IMG/VR virus record: IMGVR_UViG_3300037247_001169
Coordinates: 1 to 64,000 of that record
Strand: one strand, 5' to 3'
Length of the DNA: 64,000 nucleotides
Origin: a virus
Shown: positions 19,001 through 28,176 of the stretch, in pieces
Position numbering within the stretch: position 1 is the first letter of the stretch
Layout of the letters: each line of letters begins with the position of its first letter
Program-made: the position numbers and the translations under genes
Notes under the pieces: model-generated
Told to the model about the DNA's origin: nothing
Databases searched by the model: none
Seen by the model: only the letters and a program-made list of their open reading frames with translations

Positions 19001-20703
19001 ACCTGATGTTGCATCAGGGTTTGCTCGAGCTGCTCTTCGGATGTGGGCTGCGCCCTTTCCTCTACGGCGGCCCCAATCATGTCGCGGAAGACATCCCGGC
19101 GCATTTGGGAGACTTGCTCGCCGCTTATCGCGTCTCCCGCCGCGTCCTTCAACTGCTTTCGGCTGACCTTGCCTTCGAGTCCAGCGATACGCTGACTGGC
19201 TTCGGGGTGCAGCTCAACGAACCCGCGGGCACGCTCCATCGTCGGACGGTCGCGCTTGAAACGGGCGGCCGTGCGGACACCGGCAATGGGGATAGTGAAG
19301 GCGACGGCCTCTTGGGCGAGCTGTTCGAGTGTCGGGGCCTCCGCAGGAAGGTCCACGCCCGGAATGAGGCTGGCCACCTTGCGCAAGCCTTCGTTGAGGC
19401 GTTCCTCGGCCATCTCTCCCGTCACACTGCCGATGCCGAACTTGTCGAGAAAGGCCCTCGCGCCAACGCGAGCCGGTTTCATACCGACGGCACGTCGCGC
19501 CTTACCACCGATGAGTCCAACAACCTTGTGAGTCTGCTCCGAGAAGATTTCAATGTAAACGCTGCCTATGGCATTCAGGGTGGCTTCCATGCCGCCTTCG
19601 CCTTCATCGAGGACCACGAACTCGAAGTCCTCTGCCCCGTCCGGGATGTATGCAGCGAATTCCGGCGTAGCTCTCTGGAATGCCTCCGCGGTCACCCGGT
19701 GGCTGAACACGGGCAGCCTGAGAAGTGTCGTACCCGCAAGGCGCCCTACGTCCAACGCGGCCTTCTTCAACACTCCGCTGAGGGATTTCTTGATTGCCTT
19801 CTTGGCAACCTCTTTCCCGCCCTTTTTCAAAATAGCGGGTAGGCCACCAGACGCGAAGAAATCCGCCCAGAACGGCACGCTTCCCAAGGTGATACGCGCC
19901 ACGCCACCACCGAACGTGCGTTCCCGAGCGTCCATCACCGACTGCTCCATGTGGGCGGCCAGCGTCTCCCAGTCCTCGGCAGTGCCCTTGTCGTCCTCGA
20001 TGCGCTTTGCGGCTGCCTGGACGTTCCACAGCTTGGCTACCGTGAAAAAGCCGCCGCCAAGTGGAATGTCTTCCTCGCTCAGTTCCTTGGCCTGCTCGAC
20101 AATCCCGACCTTCTCCGGCAGCTTGTCCGCCGGACCGAGACCATACTTCTCGCGGATCTTGTTGAATCGACCAAGCGCATCCGGAGACCGCCCCAATGGA
20201 CCATGCGCCAAAAGGGCACCCGAATCCGAACGGCGTTTCGCAAATGCATCAGCTTCAGCATTACTATCGAAGCCAGGGAACTCCAACCCGGACTGAACGG
20301 CAAACCCAATGGCCTCTTGGTTGCTGACCTGTTTCCCACGAACGATAGTAGGAATGAGAGTAGGCTTGCCGGAATTCAATTCCTGCACTTCTACCGATAT
20401 CGTGCGCTCACTGGAAAACGTACCATCTGGATTACGAATCCCGGGGACAACTCCATACGCCTTGGCGATCTCCGGGGTAAACGGCGCAAAATCGACGGCT
20501 GCTTGGATCTTCTTGTCTTGGCTGAAATCGAGTTCGGCCGCTCCGGCGGCAATCGTGCGTTGCGACGCTCGAATGCTGTCCTCGCTCGCATCCTCGGCCT
20601 GCTGGGGAGTCGGCTGTTGCTGCGCCTGCTGTGCGGGTTGCTGTTGTTGCAGTAGGGTCTGCAACCGTTGGAGCCGTTGTTGGTCTTCGGGCGTCGGTGG
20701 CAA
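16075..20703 (-). CDS. Large internal virion/DNA ejection protein
   Basis: 1542 aa, helical, APF.SF.YE motif, podovirus position. Confidence 0.75.
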   Translation of the reverse strand: MPPTPEDQQRLQRLQTLLQQQQPAQQAQQQPTPQQAEDASEDSIRASQRTIAAGAAELDFSQDKKIQAAVDFAPFTPEIAKAYGVVPGIRNPDGTFSSERTISVEVQELNSGKPTLIPTIVRGKQVSNQEAIGFAVQSGLEFPGFDSNAEADAFAKRRSDSGALLAHGPLGRSPDALGRFNKIREKYGLGPADKLPEKVGIVEQAKELSEEDIPLGGGFFTVAKLWNVQAAAKRIEDDKGTAEDWETLAAHMEQSVMDARERTFGGGVARITLGSVPFWADFFASGGLPAILKKGGKEVAKKAIKKSLSGVLKKAALDVGRLAGTTLLRLPVFSHRVTAEAFQRATPEFAAYIPDGAEDFEFVVLDEGEGGMEATLNAIGSVYIEIFSEQTHKVVGLIGGKARRAVGMKPARVGARAFLDKFGIGSVTGEMAEERLNEGLRKVASLIPGVDLPAEAPTLEQLAQEAVAFTIPIAGVRTAARFKRDRPTMERARGFVELHPEASQRIAGLEGKVSRKQLKDAAGDAISGEQVSQMRRDVFRDMIGAAVEERAQPTSEEQLEQTLMQHQVQAPRDEAVTEPVARQAQEVRLQQPAPTPGEEAAETAEPAVELPREALPVDEIPKFRRKGANPVTAFLRRLFTPAGVLPEGAFERARESNQWYRARLKEIENLDRDFMAGAKEAYGGVGKMSDEDVLAVNAALGGKPIVSFLPEPLQEPVRAMRQKIDELSTQLINDGVVEGGLAAIIEKNKGLWLHRQYRAFIDPKWSKNVPVTIRNDFKSWLRQEYLADGMELTDNQLEQQMNELLFKAKEAGTPIGFFSKLGKKDQSIFIKRKDLPEIYRAFLGEVKDPRFNFVSSAQKQAHVIAAHKFLTQVRQEGLGRFLFEAEDPNIPPEAVAEIAAKNGEAMWPLNGLKTYPEVAKAFEQATKSDTVGNFHRMYLKAIGGAKLTKTVLSETTQVRNVLSWNQMFLNTGLLWHFGPRGFMRAARTIVDDFRRTPNKERRAAVVRGIELGVLHDGAVSGEMKHALEGAVKGDEAAFADSLYDNARPWHRRAAAKALRGGTKGTAKTIEAATKLYRAGDDLPRYIMWKMMQARLRKALPDATDIELEEMAARELRDTAPTYSMVPELWRAIGRNAPVAPFTSFPYEIFRTYGNNLKRIGTEFQDPKMRGIAAERLVGTLLVPITIPAISAVSRMLVSGMDREQENAMREFLPDYAVDGEFYHLPVPDKPHAFRVIDMSYVDPYVYMRSPIMRFLRNQDEGILPAMMVAAKKFLDPFTSEELLVQRILDVSRNKTEYGGTVYNEQADWDSQVRDVFVHLLGAYEPGTIAQVRRAYRGMRGVIEPWGQVRDPVDEMMAATGQRPMQINIPTALGRQARNFSGNWSEATNILTTHARSKGDVSLDLLRQKHEEMVESKRRLFAGLQREIPAATKLGMIEKEIRKVFDDAGLSGQTIDSLFRNEFDEESFIKAEVLRLTDRKPDETSVRFFKAMGMSQREVFDVLREAWRARGYKLLDIKSGRLNRSLSDRQRRLHDRYPGGEGP

Positions 20704-20704
20704 G

Positions 20705-22168
20705 TCACTGCTCCAATATGCGCTTGGCGATTTCCAGTTCGCGCTGCTGCGTCTCGTCGAGTTGTCGTCCGCCTTCCAATAGGCTCACATAGAAATCGAA
20801 CACGACACGTGCTTCGTCGCGATGCTGCTCAATCTTTTCAGGCGGCCATGTTTCGATATTCGGCGACTTCTGCACCGCCGCTTTCAGCTTGGTGGCGGCT
20901 TCGTTTGCGGTCATCTCCTCGGGAAATTGCTGCCTCTCCATCTCCTCCTGGATCATCCGCTCCATATTTTCGGGAGAGGTCCCTAGTAGGCCTCTAACCG
21001 TAACCCTTTCAGCAGTCTCGTAGGCTTGCTGCATTTGCTCCCGGGTAGGAGTCATCGTCCCCAAAGTCGAGACGCCAAGGGCGTAGTTTTCGTTCAACCG
21101 ATTAAGGTATTGTGCTCTCGGGATGCTCACGCCCAACGACGGAATCTCGATGTCCGTATCCCTGTCCGTCAGCGTATCGACGCTGACCGTCATCTCCCCG
21201 TCCCGGCCGATCGACAGCCTTGGCTTGAATCCCGCCTTCATCCACGCTTCGAGGATTGGCTGCGCCTGCTTAACCTGTTCGGCTGCTGACGGCGGCTGCT
21301 TGCGAACGAGTTTCATGGGGAAGTTCGATGGGTCTTCGATGTCACCGGCGATACGGTTGAGGAGTTCGAGTCGTTGCCCCTGGGGCACATTAGGATCGCC
21401 CATCACCGCGTTGTAGTTACGCACGGCCTTGTGGGCTTCTTGTTCATCCGGGACCATATCGAAGTTGTTGAGAATCCCCGCTTTCTGAAGCGCGGCGTTC
21501 ATCCGCGTTTGGGCGTCTGCCCGGCCCCTCTGCTGCCTCTCTTGCTCTCGCACGCCTCGAATGCGCTCGGCGCCCGCCTGGAAATCGCCTTGCCCGGCCT
21601 CGGTTATCACCTCACGCGAGGCGCCCAACTGCTGAGCCATCTGGCCCTCGAAAACGCTTTGGGCCCGTTGGGCGGCCTGCTGTTGAGCGACTTGCCCGGC
21701 GTACTGTTCGAGCGGAATACCCTCTGCCTTGGCCTGCGCGGTGAACGCTCGGGTAGTCGTTCCCAGGCTCGTGGCCAGTTTGGAAATCTCGCTACGATCG
21801 AGTTTCGTTGGTGCGAAGCCGAATTGCTGAATGTCCTCCTGCTTTTGAAGGAGTGTCCCAATGCCCTCGGCAGCCGTGGCTACGCCACCGGCGACGTCCC
21901 CGCCAACGATCTGGCTGCCCACCATGCCGCCCAAGCCCGCGCCCTGGGCCGCGCCCGCCAGAATCGTCGTCCCCCCGATAGCGGGTCCAAGAAAGGCGCC
22001 GCCAATGCCGCCAACCACTGCCCCACCGAGCGTTCCCACGAGCCGTTGCTGCCTCGCCACCCGTTCCGCATTGCGGATCTCGGATTGCAGTCGTTGATAT
22101 TGCAAGACGCTGAAAAAATCGGCGACTGCCTGATACCGCGGGTCCCGGAACGTGTTGATTGTAGGCAT
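20705..22168 (-). CDS. Internal virion/ejection protein
   Basis: Glycine-zipper segment plus helical Q/A-rich body. Confidence 0.65.
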   Translation of the reverse strand: MPTINTFRDPRYQAVADFFSVLQYQRLQSEIRNAERVARQQRLVGTLGGAVVGGIGGAFLGPAIGGTTILAGAAQGAGLGGMVGSQIVGGDVAGGVATAAEGIGTLLQKQEDIQQFGFAPTKLDRSEISKLATSLGTTTRAFTAQAKAEGIPLEQYAGQVAQQQAAQRAQSVFEGQMAQQLGASREVITEAGQGDFQAGAERIRGVREQERQQRGRADAQTRMNAALQKAGILNNFDMVPDEQEAHKAVRNYNAVMGDPNVPQGQRLELLNRIAGDIEDPSNFPMKLVRKQPPSAAEQVKQAQPILEAWMKAGFKPRLSIGRDGEMTVSVDTLTDRDTDIEIPSLGVSIPRAQYLNRLNENYALGVSTLGTMTPTREQMQQAYETAERVTVRGLLGTSPENMERMIQEEMERQQFPEEMTANEAATKLKAAVQKSPNIETWPPEKIEQHRDEARVVFDFYVSLLEGGRQLDETQQRELEIAKRILEQ

Positions 22169-22180
22169 GGCCCGAATTTC

Positions 22181-23230
22181 CTAGCCGCCGCCGAACCCCG
22201 GCTGAATCTGAACATTCCGGAAACCGCCCGGTCCCAGGCGGTTGATCGAATTGATGAATCCCAACCCCTGTTCGAGCCCCTGCATTCCCATAGTCAGCGG
22301 CAGTTGCCCGAATCCCATCAGGTTGTTCATCTGGTCGACGCCGGCCTGCTGAAGCATGCCCATTTGGCCCATGCCGAATCCGCCCAGCTGGCCAAGCGAC
22401 TGTAGCCCGACGTTGGCCCCGAGACCGGCACCGAACTGTCCGACGCCGAGCTGTTGGCCAAGGAGACCTTGTCCGAGGCCGGTTCCCATGCCCAGGAGCT
22501 GCTGCTGGGCGCCGAGCTGCTGGCCGGTCAGTCTCTCGTTTGCGGCCGCGGCCGCACCGCCGAACTGGCCGAGTATGCCGACCTGCTCACGCCGCAAACG
22601 CTCTCCCAGGCCACCGAGTGCCTGGCCACGCTGCGCTTCGACGCCGCGCTGAATTGACGCGGCCCCGGTAGAAGCGGTAAACCCGCGCTCCTGAAGGTTG
22701 GCCGCCTGCTGAGCACCAAACTGGTCGAATCGCCGGTTGATGTCCGCCTGCTCCTGTTGCCCGAGTCCGGCCGACATCTGCTGCGCCTGACGGAAGAGAT
22801 CCTGGAATTGCCCGCCGACCTGACCGGTCCGTTGGCCGAAGTTGCGCATGAGGCTTTGGCCACCAAGGCCGAACTGTCGCTGCAGCGCAGATGCTCCGCC
22901 GGAAGCAAGCTGGTTGAGCCCGGCCGTCTGCTGGCCAACCTGGCCGGGAAGCCCCTGTAGGCTCTGCATGGTAGAGCCCATGAATCGCTGGAAGTTCTGG
23001 TTCTGCGCGCCCTGGCTGAACAACTGGTTCCCGGCCTGCATGCCTTGGTTGGCGAGGCCCTGGGCTTGCCCGAAGAGTTGTCCGACATTCGGCGTCCCGC
23101 TGATGAGACCCATGCCGCGATCAATGTCGCCTTGCTGCGCCTCCATCACCTGTTGCTGGAGTTTGCGATCCTGTTCGCCGAAGAACAGATTCATTCCAAG
23201 GCCGAACAGCGGACTGCCGTGAAAAGGCAT
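22181..23230 (-). CDS. Q/G-rich ejection (pilot) protein
   Basis: Low-complexity G/Q/L; AGGTGAG RBS. Confidence 0.65.
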   Translation of the reverse strand: MPFHGSPLFGLGMNLFFGEQDRKLQQQVMEAQQGDIDRGMGLISGTPNVGQLFGQAQGLANQGMQAGNQLFSQGAQNQNFQRFMGSTMQSLQGLPGQVGQQTAGLNQLASGGASALQRQFGLGGQSLMRNFGQRTGQVGGQFQDLFRQAQQMSAGLGQQEQADINRRFDQFGAQQAANLQERGFTASTGAASIQRGVEAQRGQALGGLGERLRREQVGILGQFGGAAAAANERLTGQQLGAQQQLLGMGTGLGQGLLGQQLGVGQFGAGLGANVGLQSLGQLGGFGMGQMGMLQQAGVDQMNNLMGFGQLPLTMGMQGLEQGLGFINSINRLGPGGFRNVQIQPGFGGG

Positions 23231-23244
23231 AACTCACCTCACTA

Positions 23245-23913
23245 CTAAAAAAAGCGTTGCTGGCCCCGAAACTGCTTACCGAACCCTTGACCGCCCATTC
23301 CCGGCACACCCTGCATGAACGACAACCCGCTCATGAGGTTCTGCATCATTCCCGGCATCTGACCGGCACCGGCGGCCCGACTCCGCATCATGCCTTGAAG
23401 CAATGCCGGATCGACCTGTTGACCGGGAACGAGTCCCGGCTGCGCCATGCCCTGCTGACCGGCCTGTAGTGGGCCCTGGCGAATGGGAAGGGCGAATCCC
23501 TGCCCGCCTTGTTGTTGCCCAAACCCCGCCAACTGACGCCCTCGATTCTGTGCCACAGATTGCTGCTGAGCCGTTGGGCCGAAGAACTGTCCAAGTTGAC
23601 CTTGCGACAACTGTTGGCCGGGCATGCCCGGCTGCTGGCCCGCCATCCCGGCTTGGCGCCGCATGAACATCTGAAGCATGTTACCCATCGGATTGCCCAT
23701 CATTTCAGGTTGCCCGCCCGGCATGCCAAACGGAGACATTTGCTGTTGCGGCTGCCCGAACATGCCAAATGGCGACTGCTGCTGCCCGAACATCTGCTGC
23801 ACCTGTCGCTGCATGGGCATGAACTGCTGTTGCCCTTGACGCATTCGCGCTTGCCCGCCCTGCCCCTGAAGCTGCGACATCATGCCAAACATTGGATTGC
23901 TGAAAAGCGACAT
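23245..23913 (-). CDS. Q/G/M/F-rich low-complexity virion protein
   Basis: MFGQQQ/PFG repeats; GAGGTGAG RBS. Confidence 0.6.
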   Translation of the reverse strand: MSLFSNPMFGMMSQLQGQGGQARMRQGQQQFMPMQRQVQQMFGQQQSPFGMFGQPQQQMSPFGMPGGQPEMMGNPMGNMLQMFMRRQAGMAGQQPGMPGQQLSQGQLGQFFGPTAQQQSVAQNRGRQLAGFGQQQGGQGFALPIRQGPLQAGQQGMAQPGLVPGQQVDPALLQGMMRSRAAGAGQMPGMMQNLMSGLSFMQGVPGMGGQGFGKQFRGQQRFF

Positions 23914-23927
23914 AACTCACCTCACTT

Positions 23928-24299
23928 TCAACCGATGACCGCGTGCGGACGGCCGTCCCCCAATTCCGTCGGGTCCGTATCCCAATCCCATGTAACACGC
24001 ATGTCGTATCCACGGAACGCCGGATCGTAGAGCCCGTGCTCGAATGGCCAACCAATGACACCACCGGCCGCCTCCAGCGTCACCTCCAGAAGCATGTCGG
24101 TGAACGTCACCGGGGCCCTGCCATACGCGACCTCGATCCTCGTGTTGTCGAAAACGTGGTTGACCCAGTTATGGCCAAGCCACCAGAGCACGAGTAAATC
24201 GTCGTCATTCGCAGCTTCAACGAGGACTTTCGCGTGGGTGCCTTCCCCATCCCCGATGTAGCCTTTGGCCGCATATCGCGTATTGGGTAATCCAAACAT
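23928..24299 (-). CDS. Small virion protein (paralog of 24307-24654)
   Basis: MFGLP..WPFEHGLYDP. Confidence 0.6.
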   Translation of the reverse strand: MFGLPNTRYAAKGYIGDGEGTHAKVLVEAANDDDLLVLWWLGHNWVNHVFDNTRIEVAYGRAPVTFTDMLLEVTLEAAGGVIGWPFEHGLYDPAFRGYDMRVTWDWDTDPTELGDGRPHAVIG

Positions 24300-24306
24300 C
24301 GGCCAC

Positions 24307-24654
24307 CTACGAAATACCCGTACAACGCCCCGTAACATTCAGTTCCTTGTCAGTGCTGCCGTCTAACAAGGTTACAACGATTGCAGTGCCGATCTCTTCC
24401 GGGTCATACAGCCCTTCCGGCCACGTCCAGTGGTAGGCGGTCGTGTCTATGATGTCTATGTCCAGTAGGGTCGTTGACCCCTGCACGATGGTAAGGTTCC
24501 CGGACACCGCCGTCGCATAACCAAATGTCACACTATACACCGCAGGAACCCCATCGGACGACGTGGCCAACGTGAGTACCGCGTCGGACCCGGTTGCGAC
24601 CGTCCCCTTGGCCTTACCGTAAACGGCCGTCTTGGAATCGGGTAATCCGAACAT
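24307..24654 (-). CDS. Small virion protein
   Basis: MFGLP..WPEGLYDP; AGGAG RBS. Confidence 0.65.
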   Translation of the reverse strand: MFGLPDSKTAVYGKAKGTVATGSDAVLTLATSSDGVPAVYSVTFGYATAVSGNLTIVQGSTTLLDIDIIDTTAYHWTWPEGLYDPEEIGTAIVVTLLDGSTDKELNVTGRCTGIS

Positions 24655-24664
24655 AACCAGTCTC

Positions 24665-27124
24665 CTATGCTCTCAGTCGTCCGCCGGGCTTAACTTCCGC
24701 TTCCATGAACTCTAGTGCCCAACGAACGTCACCGCTGTTCTGTATCCGCACGTAGGCGTCACGCCCACGCATTCGTGGCCGGAAACTGGGGTTCAGTCCG
24801 GCCGCCAAGCTGCGAGTGGCGAAATCCGCCGCGTTCTTGGCTGCTTGCGGCGTCTTGCCGCTGCGCACTTTCAACGTGCAAGCGCCGCTGTTTTCACCCA
24901 ATGCCACATCGACACTGTCCAAGTAGCCGTCACGGCCGCGGCCGTCGAGACGGATCGGCCCGAATTCGGCGTAGGAGGTGAACGACGTTCCGTCATCGTC
25001 CGCGGCGCCGCGACTGTACTTGCGCACACGGCCGTCACGGCAACCGACGATGAGTCGGTTCGGCAGATCACCGATCACCCCACAAAAGGCGTCGTGGTCC
25101 TCCGCGTATCGATCGTGGAAAAACCCCTCCAGCCGCATGTCGTACCACCAGGCCTCCGAATCGCCGCTCGACAAAGAAGTGACCCGAATCCAGATGCCCA
25201 GATACTCCGGGTCGTACTCCAGGAACACGTGGTGGGTATCGGGGTCGATCTGCCGCAACTCGTCGGGAATGCGGTCGGGCGACACCCGCCGCGGTTCCAC
25301 GAGGCCGCCGAGTTCGGTACGATGAATCCGGTAGAGCCCGTCAATCGACAGAAAGTAAATCTGGTCGTCGTCGGTAGGCGCCCAGGCGTCGAACGACAAG
25401 ACCCCTACTCGACGGGATAGATGATCGAACGTACCGCCGACCGCGGGGTCGCCGCGCAACACCGAGCATTCGCCCTCGCCCGCGACCATCATCAGATCAT
25501 CGAACACGGGAATGAGGCTGGTAACGGGCGCGCCGAGTCGGCCCAGACCACCCGCATCGAAGGCGAAGGCGTCCTGGACCGTTACGGTGGCCGGGCTGTA
25601 GTCGTAGTTCAACGGATCGCCCTGCTTGGACATGAACACGTCGCCCGGATTATTCGGGTCGCCGCTGAACACCAGTCGGTCGCGGTAGAGTTCCACGATC
25701 CGGCAGGCGTAGGGAGCCGTGCCGGCCCACGCCCCGGATACGATAGCAGCGCCGGTTGCCGTCATCAGCGTCACCGCATCGGTCGTTGCGTCGTAGATTT
25801 TGATGCCCGGAACAATGCGATAGGCGGTAGATGTAGAGTCGCCCGTAGGCGCGGCCGGCGTTGCGACCAACGTCTTGAGCACGAGCGTATTCAGATCGGT
25901 GACGGTTCTCACTTCGTACCATCCGGTGGCAATCGTCCCGGTTACGTCGGTCAGCTCGATTACATCCCCGGTCGCGACAACACCATCGGTAACAAAGTCT
26001 GCGTCCGAATCGATCAGCTCGCCGCTATTGTTGGCGATCGCAGCATTCGCCGATGTCGCCGTCCGCTCCCGTCGCGGCTCTGCCCAATCGGCGATATACA
26101 GCTTCGCGAACCGGGCAGCTACGCTCACCGGCGTGGACTCCACGTCCCGATCCACGAACGTCGGAGTGCCGGTAATCACGGTCAACGCACCGCTCGTCGT
26201 TTCGCTGTACAGTGTGCCGTTGGAACCGGCGACGATTTGACTCTGGGGTGGAAGGTTCTCGGCAGTGTAGGCTACGAGAACCGCATCGATGACGCCCGGA
26301 TTCACGTCCTGGGGCTCAATCTCCACCGCGATCGCATCACCGGAAGGGAACGACCCCAGGGGCAAAAACCCGCCTTGATCGTCCACGAACAGCCCGCCCT
26401 GATTCGCAGAGATGTACCTCACAAATCCGAAGGCTGTGTCGGCGCGGATGAGAAATTGAAGCGTGCCGGGAGTATCGAACGGCTCGGGTATCCAGGAGAC
26501 TTCCAGGATTGACACAATCACGTCGTTCTTTAGCAGACTCAGCGTAGTCGCCGATTGGCCGAACGCGATTTCGCAGCCGATACTGGAAGACACATCGGGG
26601 GACGATTGATTCATCCGAGTGTAGATGCGGTACTTGTTAAAGACCTTCTCCAGGATGTTGAGCGTTATGGTGACCTCGGTATTCCAGTCGATGTCCAGCG
26701 CCGAAGTCTTGTAAACGGCCCCGCGGTTACCGGCCGTTGTCGACCCGATAAGGGCCGTTCCCGATTGGGTCAGGTCCTCATCGTCCCACGGCGCATTCGT
26801 CCAGTCATTCAAGTCGGTGAAATGATCCTGAAACGTCCGCGACGGAGTGACTACCGCCGTGCGGACCAAGGCCAGCAGATTCACATAGGCGCCGGACCCG
26901 AGTTCTTCCGAGAACGCCTTGGCCAGACCCGGCCGACTCCCGCCGCGGGCGCGACTTTCGAGCACATCGTAGGGGCGCACGTTCAGCGCATCCTGGGTGG
27001 TGAACGGGCGCACGTGTTGATGCGATGCGCTGCGGTCGATACCCGCAAGCGGGAACTCCAGATTGATTCGTCCCAGTGCCACTGCGAGCCCCCGGTTAGG
27101 CCGCGGCTGTCCGCAGTTGCACAC
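24665..27124 (-). CDS. Tail nozzle/tubular protein B (P22 gp10-like beta-propeller)
   Basis: DALNVR..SRPGL N-terminus, YRDRLVF..MSKQGDP, IYFLSIDGLY motifs; true start may be a few codons later. Confidence 0.75.
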   Translation of the reverse strand: MCNCGQPRPNRGLAVALGRINLEFPLAGIDRSASHQHVRPFTTQDALNVRPYDVLESRARGGSRPGLAKAFSEELGSGAYVNLLALVRTAVVTPSRTFQDHFTDLNDWTNAPWDDEDLTQSGTALIGSTTAGNRGAVYKTSALDIDWNTEVTITLNILEKVFNKYRIYTRMNQSSPDVSSSIGCEIAFGQSATTLSLLKNDVIVSILEVSWIPEPFDTPGTLQFLIRADTAFGFVRYISANQGGLFVDDQGGFLPLGSFPSGDAIAVEIEPQDVNPGVIDAVLVAYTAENLPPQSQIVAGSNGTLYSETTSGALTVITGTPTFVDRDVESTPVSVAARFAKLYIADWAEPRRERTATSANAAIANNSGELIDSDADFVTDGVVATGDVIELTDVTGTIATGWYEVRTVTDLNTLVLKTLVATPAAPTGDSTSTAYRIVPGIKIYDATTDAVTLMTATGAAIVSGAWAGTAPYACRIVELYRDRLVFSGDPNNPGDVFMSKQGDPLNYDYSPATVTVQDAFAFDAGGLGRLGAPVTSLIPVFDDLMMVAGEGECSVLRGDPAVGGTFDHLSRRVGVLSFDAWAPTDDDQIYFLSIDGLYRIHRTELGGLVEPRRVSPDRIPDELRQIDPDTHHVFLEYDPEYLGIWIRVTSLSSGDSEAWWYDMRLEGFFHDRYAEDHDAFCGVIGDLPNRLIVGCRDGRVRKYSRGAADDDGTSFTSYAEFGPIRLDGRGRDGYLDSVDVALGENSGACTLKVRSGKTPQAAKNAADFATRSLAAGLNPSFRPRMRGRDAYVRIQNSGDVRWALEFMEAEVKPGGRLRA

Positions 27125-28166
27125 ACTTGATGTAGTCGACCAGCATGGTCTCGACGCTACCGCCGGACTTGACGCCGAAAATGAGGTTCATCGGCACCAT
27201 TCCCGATCTGACGAAGCCCATCGTCGTGCCGTGGGCGGTCAGAGGGCCGGTGCCTCCGGCGACGTCGAAGTACGCCGTGACTATGCCGGTAATATCTGTG
27301 GAACTGACGTGGAATCCCACACGGGTCCACGTGTTTGAAACGAACGTAGCCAAACCCGTTTCAACGTCCTGCGTACCGGCATTGCTCGCCTCGGCATCGA
27401 TGGCCATCGCCCCTTCGATCTTGTAGATGAGGGCGCCATCGTAGGTCGCCAACGGGCCGGCGCCGGCCGCTTGGAATCCACCCGTCGTGTCGGACGTAGT
27501 CAGGCCGAACCACCAGCATGTTTCGTTCGTCGCGGCCTCGGTGATTTTGAACCTGGCCTCGAACCACAGTTCGTTTCTGCCGGCGAAGGCGAACGCCTGG
27601 GCGGTGCTCCGCCTGGCGTGGTAGTCGTCGTTCTGGGCGGTCGTTACGAGGTTCAACGACCCGCCGAGCTGGTCCCCGTGGGTAGCAGTACCGGTCCCAC
27701 TGTCATCGAGCTGAACCCATTGCGTGCCGGCATCAATCCCGGTAACGAAGTCGTCGAAAATCGTGACGGCTTTGAACGGGTCGGGGTCGAGCGGCGAGGG
27801 CGCTCCACTCCACAGGCCGGTCGGCGGGCCGCTTTCCAGGTGCACGCCGTTATGTTCGATTTCGATGTCTTCACTGGTGCCGAATAGCATTCTTGCGGAA
27901 TCCGGCAGGCGGAAAGTCTCGCCCGCTTTGATCTCGGAATCCGCCGTCCAGACGGCGGTTGTTTTTGTGCCCGTGTTCCGATAGTGCCGAGTCCCGGCGC
28001 CGCCGTCCGAGTGGATGAACAGGGCATTCGGCGCCCAGTTCTCCCGGCCGTTGCCGGCCGTCGTACCCCAGCCGTGGACATATCCCTCGGGCGTCTTGCC
28101 CGTCCGCCCCGACGTCGGGAAGTCCGCAGTTTCCAGGTCGTTGGCGATGTTGTGCGGTGCTGTCAT
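27096..28166 (-). CDS. Virion decoration-like protein (lectin/LamG-like)
   Basis: FDDF..WFEARFK..VDYIK; paralog of 29444-30283. Confidence 0.6.
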   Translation of the reverse strand: MTAPHNIANDLETADFPTSGRTGKTPEGYVHGWGTTAGNGRENWAPNALFIHSDGGAGTRHYRNTGTKTTAVWTADSEIKAGETFRLPDSARMLFGTSEDIEIEHNGVHLESGPPTGLWSGAPSPLDPDPFKAVTIFDDFVTGIDAGTQWVQLDDSGTGTATHGDQLGGSLNLVTTAQNDDYHARRSTAQAFAFAGRNELWFEARFKITEAATNETCWWFGLTTSDTTGGFQAAGAGPLATYDGALIYKIEGAMAIDAEASNAGTQDVETGLATFVSNTWTRVGFHVSSTDITGIVTAYFDVAGGTGPLTAHGTTMGFVRSGMVPMNLIFGVKSGGSVETMLVDYIKCVQLRTAAA

Positions 28167-28176
28167 ATCTCTTCTC

